Shown piece after piece: positions 53,657 to 63,742 of a stretch of DNA of 64,000 nt; position 1 is the stretch's first letter; every line of letters begins with the position of its first letter. The notes under the pieces are model-generated. The model was not told the origin of the DNA. It was given only the letters and a program-made list of their open reading frames with translations, and searched no databases. The stretch spans positions 124,001 to 188,000 of IMG/VR virus record IMGVR_UViG_3300011934_000017; one strand, given 5' to 3'. Made by a program: the position numbers and the translations under genes.

Positions 53657-54004
53657 ATGCCAAAACGTCTTTATTATATCTGCGATCCTAATTTACCCGT
53701 AGCGACTCCTAAACGTATTCAGCTTTCGGGTCGTTGTCTTCATTTTTTCGATCTGAAGGACCTAACGTACATAGGACAATCTTATGGAGCTTTAGCTCTA
53801 TCGCATAGAGGTATTTCTATCTGTGTAGGTCTTGAAATGGCTAAGAAACTTTCCAGCCGGAACAAAGATTACGTGTACGTGTTTGACACATTAAATATAG
53901 AAGTAAGCGATACTGAAGCCTTTTGTCGATCCATAATAGAAATGTTACGTGATAGAATGGAGGCGACTTGGTATCCGCCTGCAGGATTTGAAAGAGGAGT
54001 CTGA
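53657..54004 (+). CDS. hypothetical protein
   Basis: 115-aa ORF with SD AGGAG. Confidence 0.65.
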   Translation: MPKRLYYICDPNLPVATPKRIQLSGRCLHFFDLKDLTYIGQSYGALALSHRGISICVGLEMAKKLSSRNKDYVYVFDTLNIEVSDTEAFCRSIIEMLRDRMEATWYPPAGFERGV

Positions 54005-54106
54005 TTTATATAAATGTAGGAGTTTCTTTGGTTTTGTAATTTATCTATGAAAAGTCGCTATATACTTTTCCTACTTTATCCGACAAATAGTAATTTGTTA
54101 ATGTCA

Positions 54107-54147
54107 CTGAAGCATAGAGTGACCCGGGCGCAAGCTCTATGTTTCAG
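54107..54147 (+). other. 13-bp RNA hairpin in the 5' leader of the basic-protein gene
   Basis: CTGAAGCATAGAG 54107-54119 / CTCTATGTTTCAG 54135-54147 (one G-U pair). Confidence 0.6.
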
Positions 54148-54190
54148 AAGCATTGCTCATTGATAAGTTTCAAAAACTGGAGGCTCCAAC

Positions 54191-55084
54191 ATGGCCACTC
54201 GTAATAAAGTAAAAGATCCGCTTGACAAGAAAAAGCGGAAAAAGGTAGACAATAGTCCTGAAGCCAAAAAGCGTCGTAAAGACGCGAAAAAGGACTACAA
54301 CAAAAACAAGAACAAGGCCAAGCAATCGCGTAAGAAAGCTGAAGCCAAAATGACGCCTAAGCAGGAACGTCTGAAGAAAGAACGTGGTTACGTCCTACGT
54401 CTTCGGAATAAAGGCGTCAGTGAAGCTGAAGTTAAGCGCAAGCTGAAAGATTACCGTGCCAAGCTGAAAGGCGAGCCTACTTCTGCGGCCAAACGCAAAG
54501 CAGCTACAAAAGCTCTACGTGAAAAATTCGGCGCAGCCCGTAAAAAGATCATTTCCGATCGTCGGGAAGCTCGCGGTATTTACAAGAAAGCTCGTGAAGC
54601 CAACAAGAAGTTGGAGTCACCGGCCAAGCGTAAAGCCGCTAACTTGAAAGCTAAAGGTAAGTTCCAGAAAAAGCTTGCTGCTCTGACTAAGCGCCGTACT
54701 AAGCTTATCGAGTCTCGCAAGAAAGCTTCTGAGAATATTAAGGCCAAGTATCCTCGTGCCCCTCGTGCAACGGGCGGTAAGAAGCCTACTCCTACGAAGC
54801 CGAAGCCGGGACGCAAGCCTGGCAGTCGCAAGCCTGCTGATAAACTTCCGCCGAAGAAAGATGGCCGTAAAAAGCCGAAAACCGGTGATAAGAAGCCAAA
54901 AGCTGGAGGCACAGGCAAGAAAGGCGGAGACCGTAAGCCAAAAGCTGGAGGCAAGAAGCCAACTTTGAAGACTGATGGACCGAAGCCCGGCGGCAAGAAG
55001 CCGAAAGCTGGAGGCACAGGCAAGAAAGGTGGAGATCGTAAGCCGAAAGCTGGCGCTAAAGTACCACGTCGCGCCAAGAAGTAA
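54191..55084 (+). CDS. extremely basic K/R/A/G/P-rich protein (protamine/histone-like)
   Basis: SD GGAGG; repeated KKPKAGGTGKKGGDRKPKAG units. Confidence 0.8.
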   Translation: MATRNKVKDPLDKKKRKKVDNSPEAKKRRKDAKKDYNKNKNKAKQSRKKAEAKMTPKQERLKKERGYVLRLRNKGVSEAEVKRKLKDYRAKLKGEPTSAAKRKAATKALREKFGAARKKIISDRREARGIYKKAREANKKLESPAKRKAANLKAKGKFQKKLAALTKRRTKLIESRKKASENIKAKYPRAPRATGGKKPTPTKPKPGRKPGSRKPADKLPPKKDGRKKPKTGDKKPKAGGTGKKGGDRKPKAGGKKPTLKTDGPKPGGKKPKAGGTGKKGGDRKPKAGAKVPRRAKK

Positions 55085-55122
55085 AACGCTATCAAGCTTA
55101 GTTAAGTACGGCTAATGCCGTG

Positions 55123-55162
55123 AAACGCGCAATAAGGCCGAGCCCTGTTGCGCGTTTTTTTT
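55123..55162 (+). terminator. intrinsic terminator
   Basis: AAACGCGCAA...TTGCGCGTTT followed by T tract. Confidence 0.75.
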
Positions 55163-55180
55163 GTTTCCAAGGAATTTTTT

Positions 55181-56281
55181 ATGAGCACACCACTAAAAAT
55201 TGCAGACCAGAGTCAGAATATGGAAGACCTGCGCAATGCCCGTTCTTATAATGATATTGTGGTTGTTTTAACTCGCATAATGACAGCATCAAATTCTATT
55301 CGCTCTAAAGTATCCAAATATCTGCTAAAAGTTTCCAATACTGATCTTGATATTGATTCTGGTGAAATTCAATTTGATAGAGGTGATCTACGTAAGGTAC
55401 ATGCGGATCTAACTACACTCGAAGTGGCTGTTTATGAAGTGCGTTATGCCCGATCTATAGTCCACATTGTACCTTCCGACGAAAAGCTAAGTAAGCTGGA
55501 AACTTTATTCACTCGACTAGACAATCAGTTGGTTCGTTCGAAAAACACTTGCTTTAAATACTTGGACGAGGTAGGTAAACGTTTAGAGCCTGAAAAACTT
55601 CAAGATTTCTATACCTTTGTTACCAAGGTTCTGTCTCGCAGTCTTCCTCAAGTACGTATTTCTACGTTTTTGATTCCTACACCTGATGATAAGACTTCCA
55701 TCGTTCGTTACATAGTTCTCAGAGGCTTGACCACAAAAGGCGGTTATACTGTCCCAGAGTTTCTGATAGCGCTTCATGCCCAAAACAATTTTGATGACTC
55801 TTATTCCTATCTCATTTCTTTTCCTGTTCGTCCGCTAGATACGGAGAACAAGGTATCGATAGCTTCGAAAGGTAAACTGGAAAGTCTGTTGAGAGATAAG
55901 ATATCTAACCTATTTCAGGTGAAAAAAGTAAAGTCTATCTCCATTAAGACTCGCAGACCTATTGAATTGTTGTCCAGTGTACGTTCTGTGGAAGTTGACA
56001 GAGGGGAAGTAAGAGTGAACCTCGAATCAGGCTCAACAGGTTCTGACATAAACCAGATTCTAAGTCGTTGCCTGCCTTTACTTCATGCTGCCTTTGAGAC
56101 AAAAGACCCTAGAATTGACATTCTACACAGGGTAGAGGCCAAGTCTGACGGTTCAAAACTGATCACATTTCTTGTGGCTAATCGTAATTTTCATGATAAG
56201 AAGGCTCTTGATGCGTTTCGAGACGTTTTGAATCTTGGAAACGAATCTTACACCAATCTACTCAATTCACTGGACGACTAA
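55181..56281 (+). CDS. probable virion protein
   Basis: ATG at 55181 with SD AAGGA; context inference. Confidence 0.7.
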   Translation: MSTPLKIADQSQNMEDLRNARSYNDIVVVLTRIMTASNSIRSKVSKYLLKVSNTDLDIDSGEIQFDRGDLRKVHADLTTLEVAVYEVRYARSIVHIVPSDEKLSKLETLFTRLDNQLVRSKNTCFKYLDEVGKRLEPEKLQDFYTFVTKVLSRSLPQVRISTFLIPTPDDKTSIVRYIVLRGLTTKGGYTVPEFLIALHAQNNFDDSYSYLISFPVRPLDTENKVSIASKGKLESLLRDKISNLFQVKKVKSISIKTRRPIELLSSVRSVEVDRGEVRVNLESGSTGSDINQILSRCLPLLHAAFETKDPRIDILHRVEAKSDGSKLITFLVANRNFHDKKALDAFRDVLNLGNESYTNLLNSLDD

Positions 56282-56282
56282 T

Positions 56283-57470
56283 ATGCTACCCAATTTCATG
56301 AAAAAATTGCGGTCTTTCCGCGATGTTTTGAACTTCATTCGCACGGCTCCTGCTGCTGCTATAATGCGTCTTTTTACTTCGCGTAAAAGCAAATATGATG
56401 AACTAATGCGCAAGGTAGATGGATTCGTTACTATCCTTGAGGCCAGCGACAACGTAACTACTCTCGATGTGTCTGGAGGACCTGTAAAGAAAGGCGGAAA
56501 GACTGTAAGCTTTAAAGACCGTGCTGCCGTACCTATCGACAACTTCAAGGTACCGAATCGGAGTAAGCTTGCCGAAGACGTTCAACTGTTTGAAGGATTG
56601 GAGCAGTCCCTCGAAGAGCTTGAAGCAATGATGCTTGGTATCAGAAACCGAAAAGATCCTGCATCCCGCAAGTTTATGAAAGAAATGAAAGAATATCACG
56701 TTAACATGACCAAACAACGGGATAAACTTCACGATGCTATGGATGACCTGTCCAATAAGCATCTTCCGCCTGAAATGAAAAAGCTGATTGCGGCACTGCT
56801 TCGACACGTCGATGCCACTATTCCTAAGGATTCTTACGAAGGCATGAGTCGTGACGTGTATGTTACCTCTCACAATTCTTTAGGTAACGACAAAGACAAC
56901 GAGCCTATAGAGTTTACCTGTTATCTGTATATAGAAGGTCTGATGGAAGATGCTTTTAGAACAAAAGAGTTGATTTTGGTACTTACAGGTACTGTTCATG
57001 AAGACGTATCGAAAGCAGGTTCTTCCTTCTATCTGACATTCAACCTCACTGCTCTGACACGTTTTGCTAATCCAGGTGCTTTCAAAGAAGGCAAAGATTT
57101 AGCAGGTACCAATCTATCTAGTCTGATCAAGTCTATGGAGAAAGAAGCTACTCGCCTTATTTCTATGAACTCTATGATGCCGCATATTGGACGTAGAAAG
57201 CTGAAAGCAACACCTCAGCAGATTCAATACAGCGGCATTATGGACGTTGACGGTGTACTGGACGTTGGTGTTGAAGAGGACAATGTTGTTATCAAAGTCA
57301 TCGATATGGACGACGATGTTATCAACGAAGATCTGTGGCCCGAAATCATCGTCTATCTGCGCAAGGTACTTCGTGCGCCTCGCAAGTCCTCTTTCGTATA
57401 CACAATAGAGAAAGCAAAAGGCGTTAAGTATATTCGGGTATCCAGCGTAAACAACCCAGCGAGTGTTTAA
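56283..57470 (+). CDS. probable virion protein
   Basis: ATG 1 nt after the upstream stop; context inference. Confidence 0.7.
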   Translation: MLPNFMKKLRSFRDVLNFIRTAPAAAIMRLFTSRKSKYDELMRKVDGFVTILEASDNVTTLDVSGGPVKKGGKTVSFKDRAAVPIDNFKVPNRSKLAEDVQLFEGLEQSLEELEAMMLGIRNRKDPASRKFMKEMKEYHVNMTKQRDKLHDAMDDLSNKHLPPEMKKLIAALLRHVDATIPKDSYEGMSRDVYVTSHNSLGNDKDNEPIEFTCYLYIEGLMEDAFRTKELILVLTGTVHEDVSKAGSSFYLTFNLTALTRFANPGAFKEGKDLAGTNLSSLIKSMEKEATRLISMNSMMPHIGRRKLKATPQQIQYSGIMDVDGVLDVGVEEDNVVIKVIDMDDDVINEDLWPEIIVYLRKVLRAPRKSSFVYTIEKAKGVKYIRVSSVNNPASV

Positions 57471-57493
57471 GTCACCGCTCAGGAGGTGACATA

Positions 57494-58498
57494 ATGTATA
57501 TTCATCAAAGAGCTGGGTTCATCCATCAAAGAACTGGCTCAAACTTTCGAGTAACACCTTGGCCGACTTCTGGCGCAGGGCATTTTCGACTATTTAACAA
57601 ACCTAAGCTAAGCACCGATCTATCTGTTATTGCGGAGTATATAGCGGAAGCCCTTTTCAATACTAACAGAGCGTTCGTTAGGCATTCCACTTTCACACTG
57701 GTCAATGTTGTGTCACCTATCGCTAATCTCAGCTATGGGTACAACAAAGAACCGTATGAATCCATACGTCGTTTTCATCCCCTGTCATTTACGTTCGCGT
57801 TTACTCGACGTGATACTTACAACGGTGTGTATCGCCCTCGTTTTATGCTGCGTCCGTATCCTCAAACTACATTCTGGGGATTCACGTTATTAGGAAATTC
57901 TGACTTTCTCACAGTCAATATTCCTAAGCGTGTTATGAGAGAAGCGGGACTACTCATTCCCAACATGCGTGAAATGGAATGGCTGTACATGGCGATAGGA
58001 GCTTTCTCTAAAGGCTTTGCACGACAGTTTGATTTCTATACGACGAAAGGAATGTTTCGACAGAAGCCTATTTCCGTAGAAGTAGCTAAAAGTAGATTCT
58101 ATCACGCTCGCTTTCAAGCCATGTTAAAGCGGGTGCCTTATAACTACTGGGGCTACAACAGGGATATGTGGCAGCTTGCTCCCAACTTCATTAGTCCTCG
58201 TGCTGCAAACGAAGACTTTCTGGACTTCTACTGCCGCTATCTGTCGGAAGAGTTTTACGAACAGTACAAGACCAACAATGTTAAACGCATTGAACGTGCA
58301 GCCCGTGATTACCTGAAGCCAGGTGTACAGCAAGCGATTAATGCTGTTAACGCACAGTCGATTCCTGATAACCCTAGTAGAAATTTCTTGACCGTTCAAC
58401 ACATGCTAGACAACAATATCAGCAGTCTAGGCAGAAAAACTGGTGTGGATAACATCGTTCAAGATTTACTATCCAACAACTTTGGAGAAGATTCATGA
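57494..58498 (+). CDS. aromatic/Arg-rich hypothetical protein
   Basis: Strong SD AGGAGGT. Confidence 0.75.
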   Translation: MYIHQRAGFIHQRTGSNFRVTPWPTSGAGHFRLFNKPKLSTDLSVIAEYIAEALFNTNRAFVRHSTFTLVNVVSPIANLSYGYNKEPYESIRRFHPLSFTFAFTRRDTYNGVYRPRFMLRPYPQTTFWGFTLLGNSDFLTVNIPKRVMREAGLLIPNMREMEWLYMAIGAFSKGFARQFDFYTTKGMFRQKPISVEVAKSRFYHARFQAMLKRVPYNYWGYNRDMWQLAPNFISPRAANEDFLDFYCRYLSEEFYEQYKTNNVKRIERAARDYLKPGVQQAINAVNAQSIPDNPSRNFLTVQHMLDNNISSLGRKTGVDNIVQDLLSNNFGEDS

Positions 58499-59730
58499 GT
58501 AACGTTGTTTCCGTACTAGAAGGTGATACGTGTACGCTTGTTGAGCAGTTTGTGGATGACTTTGAGGATCCACTGTCGCTTGCCAACACTGAAGCGGGTC
58601 CAATGATTCGGGTGTACGATGATGATCATGACTTGATTGTAGAGCAGATTGCTGTACCAGATCATAAAGGTCAACCTGGTGATTGGTCTGTTGATATCAC
58701 AATTCCTCAGATCGGTCTGACTGAAAAGAAACAGTTCACTGTCATTTGGACGTTCAAGACTTCAGACAATGAGGTGCACCGCTCCAAGCAAGCCATCTTT
58801 GTTGAACCCGATAGCGAAACCCGTGAGTCGGATATAATCGTTGTGGTAGGGCGTGATCGTATCATGCAGGTAGCACTGCCTGTAGACTTCACACCAACCG
58901 TAGTTGAGACACCTGGTGATCCTGCAACAAAGACTCCTGCTGTTCGAGGTGTAGAAGGTGACACTCTTCGATTCTCATTATTCCGCAACAATATTCCTTT
59001 GTTCGGCGAAGAGGGTCTTATTTATGGCGCCAAAGACTCGGGTATTAAGCTTACGCAGCATATAGGTAAGACCGTTGCTACGCTGCCTGCTTCAGTAGGA
59101 AAAGCTAAGCTTGAACCTCTGATTTTGATGGTAGACTATTCAAAGCCCGGCATGATCATACCCACTACGTTGACGTACAAGGTGTGGCCTATAACGCCTC
59201 AAGTTTTGATTGCTGCTTCTCAGATGGAAGACTTCATCAACAAGGCGCGTATTCAAAACGTCATTCCAGAGCTTGATTACACTCAGCCTGATTTGATTCA
59301 ATACCTGTATCGAGGTCTAGCGTTACTTAATTCGTTTCCTCCTCACACAACGAATTTTACTGGTACCAACATGCAGGGTATTTTGTTGGATGCTTGGTTG
59401 CAGTGTAGTTCTTACTACGCATTAGCCTCACAGCTTCAGGCAGAAGGCGCAATGGCTTTTGACTTCTCAGGTCAAACCGTAAGCCTTAACATTGACCGTA
59501 CTCCTGCTATCGAAAGTGCGTTAGGTCGGGTAGAGACCGCATTAGATCAAAACGTTAAACCACTTAAAAAGCTACTTGCTAAAGCAGGCGTTCTTGATGG
59601 TGACGGTTCAGCAGGCGGTCAAGCTATAAACGGTGCGCATCATCTGGGTACTTTGGGCGTTATGAATGCTCCTACTACACGTCTTCCACATGCTGGGCAC
59701 AAAGGTTCCTGGTTCCGTCCATTCTATTAA
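58495..59730 (+). CDS. probable head-tail connector/neck protein
   Basis: Ig-like N-terminal strands; C-terminal helical region AFDFSGQ.VSLNIDRT; role is inference. Confidence 0.55.
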   Translation: MSNVVSVLEGDTCTLVEQFVDDFEDPLSLANTEAGPMIRVYDDDHDLIVEQIAVPDHKGQPGDWSVDITIPQIGLTEKKQFTVIWTFKTSDNEVHRSKQAIFVEPDSETRESDIIVVVGRDRIMQVALPVDFTPTVVETPGDPATKTPAVRGVEGDTLRFSLFRNNIPLFGEEGLIYGAKDSGIKLTQHIGKTVATLPASVGKAKLEPLILMVDYSKPGMIIPTTLTYKVWPITPQVLIAASQMEDFINKARIQNVIPELDYTQPDLIQYLYRGLALLNSFPPHTTNFTGTNMQGILLDAWLQCSSYYALASQLQAEGAMAFDFSGQTVSLNIDRTPAIESALGRVETALDQNVKPLKKLLAKAGVLDGDGSAGGQAINGAHHLGTLGVMNAPTTRLPHAGHKGSWFRPFY

Positions 59731-59742
59731 TAGGTATTTACT

Positions 59743-61077
59743 ATGATTATTCATCACGATAACACTGTCCTCGCTGCTGCCAATAAGGATCCGCGCAATT
59801 ATGGTTGGTACGAACTCACGGGCGCAAAAGCTACCTTCGAACATGCTCACAAGACACATGAGCTAATTCTATCTCGCGGTGAGAAATATGGCCTTAAGGA
59901 GTACCGAGGTAAAGTATTTCTAGTAGACGGCAGTGATTTGAGTATTCAATTCAGTCTTACACTGGATGAAGCTACTAAGCTTGTTAAGAAGTCTAAGCCT
60001 TGGTCAGGAAAGATCAGTCGCTACAAAGTAAATGCTGGCGCTCCTAAGCTGTCTGGACCTAAAGCTTCTGGACCTAAAACGATTGTTACAACGCCTAGTT
60101 CTGCTCCCAGCGATTCGCTAAAAGGCTTAGACATTCTAAAAGCATTAGGCAAAAGTAAACCAGAAAGTGACAAAGAAAACGGTATTTCGTTTAAGCGCGT
60201 TGTCGCTTCTGGTACTCCATCTACTGTAATGCGTAAGCTCACTAAGATGGGTTTGGCTAAAGCGCAAAAACATAATGAGGAGCCTTTTGTTGAGTGCGAT
60301 GACGGTGTTCTGCTCGTCAAACGTCACGAGTTGAAAGAATCGCTTATCATGTTCTTCAAGCCTACGACATGGAAAAAGTATAAGAACCTAGAAGCACAGC
60401 CTGTTAAGACTCCGAAGACGCCTAAGACTCCTAAAGAGCCCGTGTCCGCTCGTCCTCCAAAGCCACCTAAGACTACAACTACTAATTCAGGTCAAAAGGT
60501 ACAGCACACACCTCGTACGGAAGCTGTCAAACTGATGGATTCTGTTAACGGAGCACCTCTAAGTGCAACGTCTATGCCTGTAGAGCTAAAAGACCCTGAA
60601 GTTTATGCAGCGTCCTTGTACGGTCGTGAAGTTAGCACAGGGCGTCGAACATCTCCTAGATCCGTGACTACTGTAGGTTATGCTCACATCAAAGGCAAAT
60701 TCTGTCTTGTCGGAGTCTCCACCAGTATGAAAGGTGTCAATATTGTAGGCTTTCCCCTCACTGATGTAGAGAAACATGCTACAAAACGACTTCAGGATCC
60801 TCAGCTTTCTTATAAAGATTTCTTGTATATGAGGAATTTAGCTTCAAATGAAATAAACAACATTCATGAGCGCAGAGCCAACACCAAAGAGGAATCCCAC
60901 GAGAAGTTTGAACGTATGAATCCGCAACCGGGTATGCGAGCCACTATTAAGTTTTCCAACGGAACGCAGTCTACGACTATCGTAGATGTACGACGTTCTG
61001 ACGCTACTATTGGAATTAAGGGAAGTGGCAAGAAGCTTCGTTGGATTCCAATGAGCATGGTAAAGTTTGTTGAATAA
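59743..61077 (+). CDS. probable virion protein, shared N-terminal domain paralog 1
   Basis: VLAAANKDPRNYGWY...GEKYGLK..RG..F..D...GKI; PKTPK linker. Confidence 0.75.
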   Translation: MIIHHDNTVLAAANKDPRNYGWYELTGAKATFEHAHKTHELILSRGEKYGLKEYRGKVFLVDGSDLSIQFSLTLDEATKLVKKSKPWSGKISRYKVNAGAPKLSGPKASGPKTIVTTPSSAPSDSLKGLDILKALGKSKPESDKENGISFKRVVASGTPSTVMRKLTKMGLAKAQKHNEEPFVECDDGVLLVKRHELKESLIMFFKPTTWKKYKNLEAQPVKTPKTPKTPKEPVSARPPKPPKTTTTNSGQKVQHTPRTEAVKLMDSVNGAPLSATSMPVELKDPEVYAASLYGREVSTGRRTSPRSVTTVGYAHIKGKFCLVGVSTSMKGVNIVGFPLTDVEKHATKRLQDPQLSYKDFLYMRNLASNEINNIHERRANTKEESHEKFERMNPQPGMRATIKFSNGTQSTTIVDVRRSDATIGIKGSGKKLRWIPMSMVKFVE

Positions 61078-61092
61078 CTCTGGGATTCCATT

Positions 61093-62721
61093 ATGATAAC
61101 GCAAATGTATAGAGAGGTTCTTTCTGCTTCTAATCGAGATCCTCTACAGTATGATTGGTACAAGGTAGTTTCTGACACAAAGACCAAGATTGATCTTGGC
61201 ACTGTCGTCATGGAGCTATCTAAGGGTGAGAAGTTTGGCATCAAGAAGACACGCGGCTCATTCTTCATTATTGACGAAGACAACCTCGCTAAGCAGTATA
61301 AGGTAGAAGAACGTCACGTCAACCGTATTTTGAAACGTTCGAATTCTTTCCGAGGTAAAATCGACGGAATTAAGGTGGGCGGAGCTTCGAGTTCTGCTAA
61401 AGAGCCTCGTGCTCCGAAGCAACCCAAAGAGCCTGTAACACCTAAAGCACCTAGTGCCCCGAAGCGACCTAAAGAGTCTGCAACACCTAAAGCACCTAGA
61501 GAGACTTCAGGTATAATACGAAGAAGGCCCAAACAGCCTAAACAACCTGAATCTTCTGATGGACCTAAGGCACCTAAACAACCTAACGCACCGAAGCAGC
61601 CTCGTGCTCCTAAGCAGCCCAAAGAACCTAAGCAGCCCAAAGAACCTAAGTCGTCTACTATAACACGTAGAGCACCTAAAGAGCCTGTTATCGACGACGA
61701 GCTGGATACGGACATTGATGACGAGCTGGACGAAGACTGGGAAGAAGAAGACCTCGATCTTGAAGGGGATGAGGACTTAGAGGATGAGGACTTAGAGGAT
61801 GAGGACTTAGAGGAAACTGTTAACGCAAAGCCTGATATCAACGACGATGACGACGCTTTGTTAGCAGCTTTTCCTAAAGCTAGAGGGCGTATAAGAAAGA
61901 AAACTCCTTATCAGAAAATGTTAGAAGAGGACGCAGCAGAAGAACAAGCGGCCCGTGAGGTTAGGAAAGAAGAAGTCAAGCCGTCTCCTGTATATGATGC
62001 TCCCGCACCTGTGAAGCGCGATATATCGAAGATTAAAGTTCCTTCTGTTTCCGAACTTCCACAACCTATTGACGATGCCGATTTTAAAAGGCTCGCAAAG
62101 GCCGCGCAAGCCCTTTCTATTGCATTGTCTCGTAAAGAAAATTCTTTGCCGAAAGAGTCTCAAGAAGTTTTAACTTGGCTCAACGCTTTGACTTCCAATA
62201 TCTCTCCGCTTGAAGAGGAATTTGCAGTCAAATTCCCTAAGAGAAGCATGTGGCCTTCCATCGAAGAGTTTAGAAACTTCCTTAACGACTGTCTGCAAAA
62301 CGCCTTAAATCGCACAGTGTCTTTGGCTGTGGGTAACATTGAAAACGAAGTTGACCTTCTTTTGGGCGAGTATGCTGAGCATAAATTCCAAGAAAGCGCT
62401 TGGCGAGCCAACATCACCAAGACAGAGTACCATATCGAAGATGTGCTAAGCAATCTAGGCTTTGAACAGAAAGACGACTCTGCCGTTCTAACTTTGGATT
62501 CGTCCTCTTTTATTCAAGCAGCGTATAACCCAGAAGGCAAAGGCATCAAATTAGAGGTTCAGAAACACAGCTTGCAGCAGGTAGAGACTCAACCCGATGA
62601 TGAAGGTCTTGTTAAGAAAACCGAGAAGATTTTACCTGACGGTCCAGCTAAAAAGCTTCTAATTCCTTTCTCAAAAACTGCTAAAGCCAATATAGAGCGC
62701 CTAGTAAACGCTGTTCGGTAA
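61093..62721 (+). CDS. probable virion protein, shared N-terminal domain paralog 2, with PKQP repeats and acidic tract
   Basis: VLSASNRDPLQYDWY...GEKFGIK..RG..F..D...GKI; (DEDLE)3 encoded by a 15-nt tandem repeat at 61768-61812. Confidence 0.75.
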   Translation: MITQMYREVLSASNRDPLQYDWYKVVSDTKTKIDLGTVVMELSKGEKFGIKKTRGSFFIIDEDNLAKQYKVEERHVNRILKRSNSFRGKIDGIKVGGASSSAKEPRAPKQPKEPVTPKAPSAPKRPKESATPKAPRETSGIIRRRPKQPKQPESSDGPKAPKQPNAPKQPRAPKQPKEPKQPKEPKSSTITRRAPKEPVIDDELDTDIDDELDEDWEEEDLDLEGDEDLEDEDLEDEDLEETVNAKPDINDDDDALLAAFPKARGRIRKKTPYQKMLEEDAAEEQAAREVRKEEVKPSPVYDAPAPVKRDISKIKVPSVSELPQPIDDADFKRLAKAAQALSIALSRKENSLPKESQEVLTWLNALTSNISPLEEEFAVKFPKRSMWPSIEEFRNFLNDCLQNALNRTVSLAVGNIENEVDLLLGEYAEHKFQESAWRANITKTEYHIEDVLSNLGFEQKDDSAVLTLDSSSFIQAAYNPEGKGIKLEVQKHSLQQVETQPDDEGLVKKTEKILPDGPAKKLLIPFSKTAKANIERLVNAVR

Positions 62722-62814
62722 TCCTGCCCTATGTTGTGCTGTTGAAAACCTGTCCAATATCGTAATTTAACTTGCTATAGCAAGCATTTACCTTCCTATG
62801 TAGGAGAATCAAAA

Positions 62815-63693
62815 ATGAGTAACCACTCACGTTCCGTTGTGAACACCATGGTATCCGAACTCAATCGCAGCAAGAAGCCGCGTATCAATATTGTTGATGT
62901 TCAGCGTACCGCAAACGAAGGCTACGCTCGAATCACCGCCTCCGTTACCCACACTACTGCCAGCCGAAACGACCACGATCTGGTCATGCAGGCTATCAGT
63001 GATGTTGCTGGCGCTAAAGTTCGTCCAGTCGAAGGGTCTTTTCACGCACTGGCCTCCAGCGATGTTGGTGACACCATTACAGGTATCGTTACGTCAAATC
63101 CTGAGACTGTTGCATACGATGAAGCCGACTCGCAATTCAAGGCTGTATCAAGCAACATGTTTATGGATGAAGAAGAACAGCTTTGGGCACTTCGTACTAC
63201 CGAAGCTGGTGATCTGCTGGTCAAGAGTCGCGGCAAAGAAGACGCTGATATCATTGCAGACCTAATGACCAGCCTTTCAAGCTCCGATGTTGGCACTCTG
63301 GCGTTCGAAGCAACCGCTTCTGCTAACCGTGACAAGGGTGTACGTAACAGTGTAGAAGGCGGTGACTTTCTTTCATTCGTTAATCCGCAGACTGAGCAAG
63401 TTGAGTTCGGTGCTGTTGTTGCATCCGTGTTAGATTATAACGGCTCTGAAATGAATCAACTGGTTGTCCAATCTTCGAACGGATCCTCTCCTGTTCAGAT
63501 TGACCGTGCTTTGGCTCTTGGTGTGTTCGACGACGTAGACTACGATGATTCTGGTCTGATCGACGAAAATAGTGTCGAGGCTTCTGCTCACACGTTGGAC
63601 TTCATTGCGTCTTACTACCAGAAAGTCTTTCAGCGCGATCCTTCGTACTTCGATAAGTTCATGGAACGTTGGATGAACCACAAGTTCTGCTAA
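62815..63693 (+). CDS. probable structural (head-associated) protein
   Basis: SD TAGGAG, highly biased codons, own terminator; function is inference. Confidence 0.75.
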   Translation: MSNHSRSVVNTMVSELNRSKKPRINIVDVQRTANEGYARITASVTHTTASRNDHDLVMQAISDVAGAKVRPVEGSFHALASSDVGDTITGIVTSNPETVAYDEADSQFKAVSSNMFMDEEEQLWALRTTEAGDLLVKSRGKEDADIIADLMTSLSSSDVGTLAFEATASANRDKGVRNSVEGGDFLSFVNPQTEQVEFGAVVASVLDYNGSEMNQLVVQSSNGSSPVQIDRALALGVFDDVDYDDSGLIDENSVEASAHTLDFIASYYQKVFQRDPSYFDKFMERWMNHKFC

Positions 63694-63700
63694 GTCTACT

Positions 63701-63727
63701 GGGGGAACTTTTCGTTCCCCCTCTTTT
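63701..63727 (+). terminator. intrinsic terminator
   Basis: GGGGGAAC-TTTTC-GTTCCCCC-TCTTTT. Confidence 0.75.
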
Positions 63728-63742
63728 GGAGGTTAGTCGCCT

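Noticed and set aside
54580-55095. Antisense Phe/Gly/Pro-rich ORF (also 61314-61841)
   Set aside because: Shadows of Lys/Pro-rich and acidic repeats.
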